DNA from: Ruditapes philippinarum | Taxonomy: Eukaryota | Direction of reading: 5' to 3' | NCBI RefSeq assembly: GCF_026571515.1 | Contig: NW_026855379.1 | Location: 186,001 to 250,000, forward strand | DNA length: 64,000 nucleotides | The notes under the pieces: model-generated | Seen by the model: only the letters and a program-made list of their open reading frames with translations | The model's database searches: none | What the model was told of the DNA's origin: nothing | Position numbers and translations under genes: made by a program | In this document: positions 12,357-23,790 of the stretch, one piece after another | Numbering within the stretch: the first letter of the stretch is position 1 | Layout: every line of letters starts with the position of its first letter

Positions 12357-12638
12357 GGGGCGTCCGTGGCCGATTGGTTAAGGACGTTGACTTCAAACCA
12401 CTTGCCCCTCACCGCTGTGGGTTCGAATCCGGACAGGGACTTTGGATTCTTTCATGTGAGGAAGCTAATCAGCTAGCTTACGGAACGTCGTTGGTTCTAC
12501 TCGGGTGCCAGTTCGTGCCTGAAATAATGCACGGAAAGGCACCTGAGGTCTTCCTCCACCAGTCAAGCTGGAACATCGCGATATGACCTATACTGTGCCG
12601 ATGTGACGTAAAACCCAATACAAACAAACAAAATAAAC
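12357..12638 (+). mobile_element. tRNA-derived SINE with Meta-type central domain
   Basis: Pol III A box tggccgattgg, B box ggttcgaatcc, central catgtgaggaagcta..cagctagcttacggaacgtcg..gtggttctac-like domain, (caaa)n tail. Confidence 0.85.
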
Positions 12639-12983
12639 TTTGTGGAGCATATTAATGATTGTATGTCCTCTTTTTCTGTCAATTTGTCCTTCCCAATAAT
12701 TTACCCTTTCTCACAGCATTTTCTGATTATATAGCTAGTTGGTGTGTTTGCACCTTCCTTTTGACATCTACTTATAATTGAAGCTGTAAGTTTTTCATTT
12801 TATACTGCCTTTTAGTAAAGTTGTGTTTATAGCTTTGAATCAAAACAAAGTCAGGGAACAGTCATCCTAGTTTGCAACAACTGTTAATTTGTCAGATTGA
12901 AAATGAAGTAATTTAAACAGTTGAATAATCATCCATGTTACCAATCTAACTTCAGTGGCTAGTTGTGAATGTTGCTGATATAT

Positions 12984-13183
12984 GAGCCGCGTCACGACAA
13001 AACCAACATTATGGGTTTGCGACTAGCATGGATCCAGACCAGCCTGCGCATCCGCGCAGTCTGATCAGGATCCATGCTGTTCGCTATCAGTTTCTCTACT
13101 TGTAATAGAGTTGGTAAGCGAACAGCATGGATCCTGATCAGACTGCGCGGATGCACTATGTTGGTTTTGTCGTGACGCGGCTC
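12984..13183. mobile_element. Sola2-like MITE copy 2 (internal deletion)
   Basis: GAG..CTC termini, ATAT target duplication. Confidence 0.85.
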
Positions 13184-13460
13184 ATATATCTTTAGAGTTG
13201 TAGCCAGTCAATAATAAGTTAATTTGTAAGTTGTTTTTTTTCTAGAAATTCCTGTATATGCTTTATATATTTTATAAAAAAAATCGACTATGAACTTAAA
13301 ATGTAGAACAGTAAATTAATAAGGGCATTCTATTGTAGGGGAAATTTTGTGATCGCAGTTGTATATCTGTTTTTTTTTTTTTTTCAAAGCCCTGACTAAT
13401 TCAATTTAAGCGTTACGATGGATGTTTCGTCAACTGGCTTAAAAATAGCTTTCTCAGTTA

Positions 13461-14134
13461 AGGCCCTGTCACACTAGAATGCGATTTCACTGCGTTCGCA
13501 CGGCGTTGTTAAATTTAACAAAGCGCCGCGAGGTCGCAATAAAAAATGTTATATTGTTGATGTCATGAAGACTGCACGGCGTCTTCATGGCGTGCTCACG
13601 GCGATCATGGCGATGCTACGGAGCTTCGATGGCGTTTTAGTTGGCGATTGTCTACGTTCGGACTGCGCTTCTATGACCTTCTTTGCGCTTTCACTGCGCA
13701 TTTACGGCGCTCATACGACGCTCTCGCGGCACTCACACTGCGTTGAAATCGAAAAGCTCAATGAAAGCGCCGTACACACGCAGTTTAAGCGCGGTAAAGA
13801 CGTAGCACAGTCTCCGTACAAGCGCCATGGATAACCACGGCGTTCATTCGGCGTTCCTTTTGCGCTTTCGCAGCGCTCCTGTTGCGTTGTAGGAGATGCT
13901 AATGAGTTACTACGGCGTCCTTACTGCGATGCTACTGCGCTCATTTTAGAACGCCGAGCGACGGCGTTTGTTTTGAGCATGTTCAAAATGCGCGCCGTTG
14001 GTCGGCGTTCTATGCGATGCCACTACGATGCTACGGCGATGCTGTGGCGATGTTTGCGATCTTACTGCGCTCACCTCGGCGTTCTGAATTTTCTTTGGAC
14101 GCCGTGAGAACGCCGTCCTAGTGTGACAGGGCTT
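13461..14134. mobile_element. PIF/Harbinger-type non-autonomous element (CpG-rich)
   Basis: 17-bp TIR aggccctgtcacactag / ctagtgtgacagggctt with 3-bp TTA target-site duplication on both sides. Confidence 0.8.
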
Positions 14135-14795
14135 TTAATAATAGTTCAGGGACTTACGACTTGCTCCTCTCTGTTATATCGCTTCTATTTAACCGCACAC
14201 GTGGAAATCGTGCAAGTTAGGTATTTTAATCTTCCTCGTCCAATAAATGCCGTACTTTACTACACTATCAATACTTTACATTACACAGTCTCGTGCATGA
14301 GGATTCTATTATTAAACACGAATGACTACAAGTCTTTTAGCGGTCTTTTGGGAATTAAAATTCCTTTCCCAATAATTATCTACGTGGCAGTGTCATTTTG
14401 GCGAGCATTCCCAATTTTCTTAATTCTACAGTTGGGCATTATAAGAGGCGCTATGAGTGTTGCTCGTTGAATACAAATCCGATTGTTATAAAGAATTGTG
14501 ACAGATTTTTAGAATTCAGCGCTGGTTTAGGAGAAAGTCGTATTTTCTGAAGAAAATATTCGAGTGTCTAATTAAATAATGAAGGCGTACTCTGTGTAAA
14601 ATAAAGAGAAATAGACTAGTTTTTGTTGGAAATAGCTTTTATTGGTGGGGATTTTTTTGTTTCTTCCCTTTCTTTTTTTTACCGAAGGCATTATACATGT
14701 AAAGCGTTATTCTAGTAACGAAGGTATTGTTCAGCATAAAGACAATGAATACAGGATTATCATTGTCAAAGGCAGAAAGAACTATTAGCACAAAT

Positions 14796-14830
14796 GAGCC
14801 GCGTCACGACAAAACCTACATAATGGCTTT
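14796..14830 (+). mobile_element. Sola2-like MITE terminal fragment (copy 3)
   Basis: gagccgcgtcacgacaaaacc terminus only. Confidence 0.7.
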
Positions 14831-16148
14831 AGTAACGCAGTAGAAATATGGTTATTAGTAAAAAAAGTCATTAATCGCACACAACATGTAAATTATAACT
14901 TAAATCTTGAATATTTTTACTTTTCCTCAAATTTTAGAAGGCACACGAGCATAGTCACTATACAATTACTAAGAAGCTACGGGTTGTACCAAGGAAGGAA
15001 GGAAGCCCGTTGAAATCTTTCACAAATTACGTATGATTTCATGAATGTAGGTATATGACATTGACCTTGTATAGATCTTGTAGCAAGGCTGGAACAGCAC
15101 AAAGTTGGCCGAGGGGTTTATGCATGACACTTTAGTATAACTGATGGCACTTTTTATATCGGTTGGAGAGGTGAGTTCGGGGTGAATGTTATAATAACAC
15201 AGGTCGGACAGGCGACAGCTGGATAATATTCAAAGTATCAACATTCTCTAAGTTTACATATCGTTTTGTGGAGTTTAATTCTTCTTTTTTATTTCTCCCA
15301 AGGCGCTATTTTCCGTAGAAACAGCACATTAATAAAGTGATAGAGGTAATAATTCATGTTGAGTCAGTCAAGGATATAAGTGTTTAAGTGTCAAAACAGG
15401 GTTCGTTTAAGAATTTAAATTACAATGGTAAACCATCTGGACATATACATGTACGTAGCATCTTAAAATATACGCAGTGCAGTAAAATTACTGTTTTACG
15501 GGAATCATTTTCAATTATTTATCACCAGTAAGTTAACGTTATGAATTATTCAGTGCGTTGAGTGTAAAAAGTCGCCTCTATGCACACAATGAATCATTGA
15601 GAAGAACCGGTGCACATGTCTGTATATATAGACGTTTTAAAATAGAATTAATTATTGTTAGCACTTTAAATGATATTAATTACTTGTGTTGATAACTTTA
15701 AAACGCTACAACGTCAGTTTGAGATTTATTTAGTCATGTTGCACGCGCCTGTTTTATATTAAATATACGTCTATGCGTTACGCGGCAACGTTAATAACTT
15801 TTATACGACCAGATAGCGTACAAAACCTATTATTATTATTCATTATGTTTTTATTAATATGACTTGTCAATGGCCAAATAAAGATGTAGGACTACTAACA
15901 GATTGGTGACCTGCTTTAAGTAGCTTCATATTCTTTATTGGTGTTATTTATGTACACAACGGGAACCAGTTTGCGATTTTTTTTCTTCCGTTCCTATTAA
16001 AGAACGTGCATTTGTTGCTAACTTCATTAATAAGTTGGATACAAACAACGCATAAATAACAGGTTAACTATTTATTACTATCTATATTTTTCTAATTTTT
16101 CTAAATCGTTTTTTTTAGTTGTATGATGATGATGATGATGTTAATAAT

Positions 16149-16340
16149 NNNNNNNNNNNNNNNNNNNNNNNNNNNNNNNNNNNNNNNNNNNNNNNNNNNN
16201 NNNNNNNNNNNNNNNNNNNNNNNNNNNNNNNNNNNNNNNNNNNNNNNNNNNNNNNNNNNNNNNNNNNNNNNNNNNNNNNNNNNNNNNNNNNNNNNNNNNN
16301 NNNNNNNNNNNNNNNNNNNNNNNNNNNNNNNNNNNNNNNA
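16149..16340. other. Assembly gap flanked by (gat/aat)n microsatellite
   Basis: Run of N. Confidence 0.99.
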
Positions 16341-16384
16341 TAATTATAATGATAATAATTCTTGTTTTTTAATGACATGAAATA

Positions 16385-16645
16385 ATGCGGATTATATTCC
16401 GATATGAAAACATTTATCAGAAATAAATACGTACAGACATATTACGGATTTAATAAACGTACAATTTTATTTTTCTTATATTTTTAGAAAAATAAAAAAA
16501 AACACAATAATTGGTGAAAGTAAATCGGATTATATTCCGCTATGAAAACATTTATGAGAAATAAATGCGTACAGATATATTATAGATTTAATAAACGTAA
16601 TATCTTTTGAAGAAAAAAACACACTTACTTGGTGAGAGTAAACTT
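16385..16645. repeat. Imperfect ~138-bp tandem duplication
   Basis: cggattatattccgMtatgaaaacatttat..gaaataaat..gtacaga occurs twice. Confidence 0.7.
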
Positions 16646-17074
16646 ACTTGAACTTGTAACCACGAGCAAACATCTTGAAATGCTTACCTGATTGTTGACA
16701 GCAAAATGCATTTTTCTTCTTCTTATGTTTCTTATGTTTCTTAATTTTAATCGCTCAAATGACTTGATGTTTTTTCCTTCACTTTAACTAAATGCATATT
16801 TAGAAACCACCAAAGCACAACAAGTCATATTAAATTCTTTTTTTTCTCTTTTTTCCCCATTTTTTTCGCAGAAAATATATATCAATTAATATCGAACAAT
16901 GCAAATCAGTTCCTTAAATATAACGTTGTAAAGTTGGTATTTTAGCTTCAGAAAAAAAAATACATCAAGAAACCGACATTTATTCGAATATGGTTATCAT
17001 TATTCCAGCCTTTATTTTTCATTAAGAAAATTCGATACCAAAACCTTATACTAGTATTTCCTTCCTTACCGGTC

Positions 17075-17856
17075 ATTCGGTTTGATTCACGACATCGCCA
17101 ATCAAACATTCGGTTTGATTCACGACATCGCCACTCTAACATTCGGTTTGATTCACAACATCGCCAATCTAACATTCGGTTTGATTCACGACATCGCCAC
17201 TCTAACATTCGGTTTGATTTACGGCATCGCCACTCTAACATTCGGTTTGATTTACGCATCGCCACTCTAACATTCGGTTTGATTCACGGCATCGCCACCC
17301 TAACATTCGGTTTGATTTACGACATCGCCACCTTAACACTACGGCATCGCCACTCTAACATTCGGTTTGATTCACGACATCGCCACTCTAACATTCGGTT
17401 TGATTCACAACATCGTCACTCTAACATTCGGTTTGATTTATGACATCGCCACTCTAATATTCGGGTTGATTCACGACATCGCCACTGTAAAATTCGCTTT
17501 GATTTACGGCATCGCCACTTTAACATTCGATTTGATTCACGACATCGCCACTCTAACATTCGGTTTTTGATTCTAACACGGTTTGATTCACAACATCGTC
17601 ACTCTAACATTCGGTTTGATTTACGACATCGCCACTCTAACATTCGATTTGATTCACGACATCGCCACTCTAACATTCGTTTGGATTACGGCATCGCCAC
17701 TCTAATACAACATCGTCACTCTAACATTCGGTTTGATTTATGACATCGCCACTCTAACATTCGGTCTGATTCACAACATCGTCACTCTAACATTCGGTTT
17801 GATTTATGACATCGCCACTCTAACATTCGATTTGATTCACGACATCGCTACTCTAA
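17075..17856. repeat. 33-bp minisatellite, ~23 units
   Basis: Unit ttcggtttgattcacgacatcgccactctaaca. Confidence 0.95.
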
Positions 17857-18419
17857 AGTCTTCTTGTACATGTACGTATGTCTGACATAATCTGTAAATT
17901 ACATAATCTGACAAGATTATATATGTCTAATTAAATTAAAGCGAACATCCTTTAATGTCCTGTAACATAATATAAACATTCACTGCATCAACAAATAGGT
18001 GTAAATATGCTGCGGTTAAATTCTCTCCATAACAATTATTCATTAAAACATTCTCCGGGATGAATTACATTCTTGCTTATAATAAAAGCAGTCAATTAAA
18101 GAAGAAGATAAAACATATGAAAATATATATACACATAAAGAAAATATATACACATATATACTTTCCTCTTAGTTTTGCTGACTTTTCTTAAATTGGTAAA
18201 GCATAATCTTTACTTTGGTCGAAGATTATTTTTAAATTGTACAAAAACATTTTAATGTATACATTTAACACCCTTTTCAGTCCTATAATTAGTTGATAGG
18301 TAAGCAATAAGTTTGTAGTTTTTGACACAAATTTATTGTAGAACGAATATGTATTTGATTTAAACTCAACATAAGATGTATTTTAGCATGTATTTAAACA
18401 GTATAGTTAGAAAAGACAA

Positions 18420-18925
18420 ACACATGAGGTTACATTATGCGTCACAAACACACATTATCTATTTACGACACAGAAACACGTTATTTTTTATTATTGTACG
18501 TCACAAACAGACGACATCTTTGTAATTTACAAGCGCATATTACATGTATTTATATGCATCACAAACACACCTTCTATATGTGTTTCCCAAACAGATATTT
18601 TCTATGTACGTCAGAGATACACGTGCTTTCTGTCTATGCGCAACACCAGCGTTACCGACACATAGTATGTATGTCATAGAAAAAGACTATATATGTACGT
18701 GACAAACACACATTAACTATGTGCATAACAAATGCACGTTATGCGTCACAAACATACATATATACGAACAGATATATATTTGCGTAACCAACACACGTTA
18801 TATACGTTTGTCACAAACACTTGTTATATATTTGCGTCACATACATGTGATGTGTGTTTGTGTCACAAGCACATATGGTCTATATATGCGTTACAAACAG
18901 ATTATCTATGTGCGCAAGCGATAAA
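18420..18925. repeat. Degenerate ~30-bp tandem repeat
   Basis: tatgcgtcacaaacac-like motif recurs about every 30 bp. Confidence 0.6.
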
Positions 18926-19554
18926 TAAATAAATAAACAAATTAATTAATAGTGTTTAAGAAGAAATTGTACATGATTAAAGAGGTAAAAGATACATTGC
19001 AAAAGAATTTCATAGAATTTCATTTTTACACTGATAAAATATGTTTATAACGTTTTGGTATTGAAATCAATTTGTATAGTATAACAGTGATGGAAAAAAG
19101 CCAAACGGTTTGTTGTGGTTAATTTATATTTTACGACAGTGGAAGGTGAAGTGACGTGTGCTGTTGGTCATCTTATAAATTATCTGTAATAAACGGACGA
19201 TATGGCCAGAATAACTTATCACCGCGAATGAATATATGACCACTAAAAGAAAAAAGAAATGACGTAAATTGTATCACGGTATTTTAATGTTGCAATTAAG
19301 TCCCAATAAGCAGAAGATAAAAAACACTGCACACTGACGCTTGCAAATGTTGATTAATAACATATCAAGAATTAATTCGGTTAAAAGTTCGAATTTGGTC
19401 AAGAGTGTGTTATTGATAAATAAATAGCAATAGAAATGTTCTCTTATTTACCATGCACTGCTTATTTTAAGTTCGCAACGGTAAATGATCTACTTATTCT
19501 GTAGATTTATCTGTACGATTGTCTGACTTAATTAGTCATTTTTTTTTAAAATTT

Positions 19555-19935
19555 CCTATCGTATCGTATCGTATCCTGTCCTGTCCTGTTATCTCCTGTC
19601 CTGTCTTGTCCTGTTCTCACCTGTCTTGTCCTGTCCTCTGTCCTNNNNNNNNNNNNNNNNNNNNNNNNNNNNNNNNNNNNNNNNNNNNNNNNNNNNNNNN
19701 NNNNNNNNNNNNNNNNNNNNNNNNNNNNNNNNNNNNNNNNNNNNNNNNNNNNNNNNNNNNNNNNNNNNNNNNNNNNNNTGTCCTGTCCTCTGTCCTGTCC
19801 TGTCCTGTCCTGTCCTGTGCTCTGTCCTGGTCCCGTTTCGTCCCGTCCTAACCTATCCCGTCCGTTCCGTGATATCCTGTCCTGTAAATGTTGCCTGTCC
19901 TATTCTGTCCAGTCTTACCTGTTCTGTTCTGTTCT
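19555..19935. repeat. (CTGTC)n microsatellite spanning assembly gap 19645-19778
   Basis: Pentamer repeats on both sides of the N run. Confidence 0.9.
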
Positions 19936-20302
19936 ATTATATGAATATGACAGCAAATAGCGTTAGATGAACAGTTGACAAGTTTAAAACATCTGGATTT
20001 GTTTTCATCTTTTTAGTTTTATACGGATTTTTTTTTATAAATAAGTTTTATATCATATAATACAATAGCTTGCAAGTAAAAATCTGTATTATTGTCCTTC
20101 ACAAATCAGATTTTACAGTGTATGCCATGCATCACCGTGACATAGTTTCACTACGTAATTACATGTTTATAATATGTGTTTTGTAAATAATACAAACTGT
20201 GTGTTATTGTATGTAAGTTGGATTTAATATTGTCAATGAAATTAGTCTTATTTAGTGATAGTACGTAGTATGTGACTGGAATTTGTATTAATCATTTGAT
20301 AT

Positions 20303-20522
20303 GAGCCGCGTCACGACAAAACCAACATAGTGCGTTTGCGACCAGCATGGATCCAGACCAGCCTGCGCATCCGCGCAGTCTGATCAGGATCCATGCTGTT
20401 CGCTTGCCAACTCTATTACAAGTAGAGAAACTGATAGCGAACAGCGAACTGCGGATGCGCAGGCTGGTCTGGATCCATGCTGATCGCAAACCTATTATGT
20501 TGGTTTTGTCGTGACGCGGCTC
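20303..20522. mobile_element. Sola2-like MITE copy 4
   Basis: GAG..CTC termini, ATAT TSD. Confidence 0.85.
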
Positions 20523-21183
20523 ATATATTACACAATCACTTACCGCCATCGTCATCATAAAAAGGAAGAAAAAAAGAAAAGCAAAACAACATTAATAACG
20601 TTATTAACTTTTTTTGCGAACCGGATTTCAGTTTTATTATCGGATCAAAATTATCATTAATTTTTTTGTAATCAATGGCGTCGGTAAATTATGACTTTGC
20701 TTAATATTACTTATATTTTGTATTTTGCATAGGCATCTTAATTCATTTTTCGTATGCGAATTTTGAACAAATTGAAAACATCTTTTCTTTTATGCTCAAG
20801 AACGCATATGATTTCAATGTGATTTTCGCACATGTATAAATATTTCTTTAAATTTAGGATGATATTTTAAGTACCGCTTTTACTTCTTTAAAGATCCTGT
20901 ATCACAATATTTTTACGGTTTTATACAATAAATATGATGCTCAAATTCAGATTGATCAATATTGTAAGTTCCAAAAAGCATTATTTATAAAGATATTACC
21001 GAATTTAACATTTCATGTTAATAAAGGGAGGTAAATTAGTAATTCGTTTTGTCAAATATTTCAAAAAGAAATGAATGCATATACATTGTATTTTAATGAT
21101 AACATATATTTGCAGTAAATATTTTACATATTCTTCGATGGTTGAAAATTGTTTTATAAGCATAAATATATAGAAACATAAAT

Positions 21184-21314
21184 GAGCGGCGTCACGACAA
21201 AACCAACATAATTGGTTTGCGACCAGCATGGATCCAGACCAGCCTGTGCATCCGCGCAGTCTGATCAGGATCCATGCTGTTCGCTATCATTTTCTCTACT
21301 TGTTATAGCGGCTC
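21184..21314. mobile_element. Sola2-like MITE copy 5 (right arm deleted)
   Basis: Both termini kept, AAAT TSD on both sides. Confidence 0.8.
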
Positions 21315-21531
21315 AAATAATGTATTCATTTCAAATTACGATAGCCCGGTGATAAAATCAAACATTTCGAATTTATATTACTTGATTATCATTATTGTTT
21401 GACCATATCAGTTGAATAAATATACATGTATGTGTAAAGAAACGCGCATCTCAAGCCAAGCTAAAATTAAAGAAAAATTAGTAAGCGTTTTGAAGTATAA
21501 AGTGAATAAATATTATAATTTAATGTTAAAT

Positions 21532-21725
21532 GAGCCGCGTAACGACAAAACCAAAATAATGCGCAGTCTGATCAGGATCCATGCTGTTCGCTTACCAACC
21601 CTATTACAAGTAGAGAAACTGATAGCGAACAGCATGAATCCTGATCAGACTGCGCAGATGCGCAGGCTGGTCTGGATCCATGCTGGCCGCAAACCCATTA
21701 TGTTGGTTTTTTCCTGACGCGGCTC
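21532..21725. mobile_element. Sola2-like MITE copy 6
   Basis: Same family, deletion in left arm. Confidence 0.8.
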
Positions 21726-22835
21726 GAATATGCTCTTAAAATATTGCTCATTTTACAGTTGGTAAATGCATTTCCTTGCATGTGATCGAAAAACTGATAT
21801 AAGCTTGCAATAAATGATTCAGTGACCGGAAGTAAAAAGGTGTTTTATTTCTAATGTCGGCATATATTTTAATCACGCATAATTAATGTGATATACTACA
21901 TGTACAATTTTATAAGAACTGTTAGTCATTATTCGTCTATTTTATTATGTGACATTTTGGCCGGACAAGCCATATTATAACTGCATACTATGTATAGATA
22001 TTAGTCAAACGTTTTCTTACCTATGTGAATATTTGACTTTATGGCTCTTGTTGTTACCAATGTGAATATTTGGTCAATCATGCCTTATTTAAACTATGTT
22101 AATACATGTATTTGATTTTATAGGTCTTTTTTGTTAACTGTGTGAATGATATCAATATTTTGGTCAAACCAGTCTTATTTATGTAAATTTTTGGTCATAT
22201 GCATAATGTTATAACTACTGGAAAATACGTTTATACATAGTTATAACTACATGTATGTGAATATATACATGTAGTCATGCTATTAGAATTTAACCGTAGG
22301 AGTATTCTGACGGAGTTGTGGTCAATATCAAACCATAATTACATGTCATTAATGTCAATAAACAATAAATAAATTGTCAGGATGACCACAGCCGCAATAA
22401 TTGTCCTATACTATTAGTAAGACATAAAACACAGATCTGGGAAATATCGGAAAAACAAAACAAAAAACAATAAAAAACCCAATAACAAAAGAAGCATGCA
22501 TTTTACAGCTGATTTTCGTGTTGCAGTTTTTTGTCCCAGTCGTAAACTTCTTAGTGCTATTGCATGATTACCTAACGATATTTTCTGTCCTTAGAGTGAA
22601 ACTTTACATCTGGTATTTGTTCCATTTTAAGAGAAACTAATTTTGATAATCTAATGTATCGAATCGTATATTAAGTGGCAAAAGAAAATGAATGGTAACG
22701 AGTGGTAGCAAGAACCAAGAATGCACAATGTATAAATAAACTAGAAATTTCTTCACGTTTGCAAAGTCTTTGGTTGTTGCTGTGAGATTATCTATATATG
22801 TACATTATAGTTGTAATCTAGAAATTTCTTCATAT

Positions 22836-23070
22836 GAGCCGCGTCACGACAGAACTAACATAGTGCGTTTGCGACCAGCATGGATTCAGACCAGCCTGCG
22901 CATCCGCGCAGTCTGATCAGGATCCATGTTGTTCGCTTACCAAACCTATTACAAGTAGAGAAACTGAAAGCGAACAGCATGGATCCTGAACAGACTGCGC
23001 GGATGCGCTGGCTGGTCTGGATCCATGCTGGTCGCAAACGCACTATGTTGGTTTTGTCGTGACGCGGCTC
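22836..23070. mobile_element. Sola2-like MITE copy 7 (full length)
   Basis: GAG..CTC termini, ATAT TSD. Confidence 0.85.
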
Positions 23071-23681
23071 ATATGTAGAAAGAGTTTTGCTAAGAGCGAT
23101 CAAATTTAATGTTAAGTCTTACCTTGGGAAGAATTACTTCTGTTGTTATAAAGATGTTATTGTACTGCAGACGGTCGTTTTGCAGAGGTTGCTCCGTAGA
23201 TTGACATAAATTTACTCACATTTCTTTTACAATTTAAGATTTTAAATATTTTCAATATGTTGATTTTAGTAAGGAATTACAATCAGAACGATATATTTAA
23301 GTCTTACGTTTTTCAATAAAACAGGAATTATCCAAAACATACCCAAGTGAATGTAACACAGCAAATTGATATTGATTTGAGAATTCTCGTATACACTTTA
23401 CAAAAAATGTTTTTTCTTTGATATATCAAATTTGAAAGAACAATTAAATTTTCAAAGAAAACCACGAGGGAATTTATTGATCCATCTTTAGTCTCTATAA
23501 GGAAATATTACAGTCTGAATATTCTTACTTTCTATTGAAATATACCAAAGAATATTGATGCATATATGTAATCCAAAGATTAATTTGTTGACATATACAA
23601 ACAAAAATATATGTCTAACTTATTCGACTTTACTTTGACAGAAATTCACCCATTTATCAGGAGATAAAAGAATAAAACAAA

Positions 23682-23790
23682 ATGAAATGCGAGGAGATTT
23701 TAGTGGCGGTGGTGTTATTGTGTATTGTTGACCGACTCGATGCTGACCATCCAAAAGACAAACTGGCCAAAGATCCAAAAATGCCGAGAG
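23682..23790 (+). CDS. ADEL/DUF3011-like gene coding exon 1 (signal peptide)
   Basis: Acceptor tttgacag at ~23641 (implying an upstream UTR exon), acaaaATG start context, donor gag|gtaaat. Confidence 0.78.

Noticed and set aside
12357-12440. tRNA-like sequence (also 24722-24800)
   Set aside because: A and B boxes are present but the sequence continues into SINE body and tail; no proper acceptor stem
13565-13834. 89-aa GC-rich ORF / CpG island
   Set aside because: Lies inside a TIR- and TSD-bounded Harbinger-type element; no transposase motifs
14140-15250. Possible minus-strand gene (TATA at ~15155, donor ~15030, acceptor ~14548)
   Set aside because: No joined reading frame of meaningful length; motifs expected by chance in AT-rich DNA
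16115-16380. ORFs spanning N runs (also 19519-19970 and 52615-52936)
   Set aside because: Artefacts of assembly gaps
17075-17856. 33-bp repeats resembling a CRISPR array; ORFs with 11-aa repeats
   Set aside because: Units are head-to-tail with no unique spacers, there are no cas genes and the context is eukaryotic; the ORFs arise because the unit length is a multiple of 3
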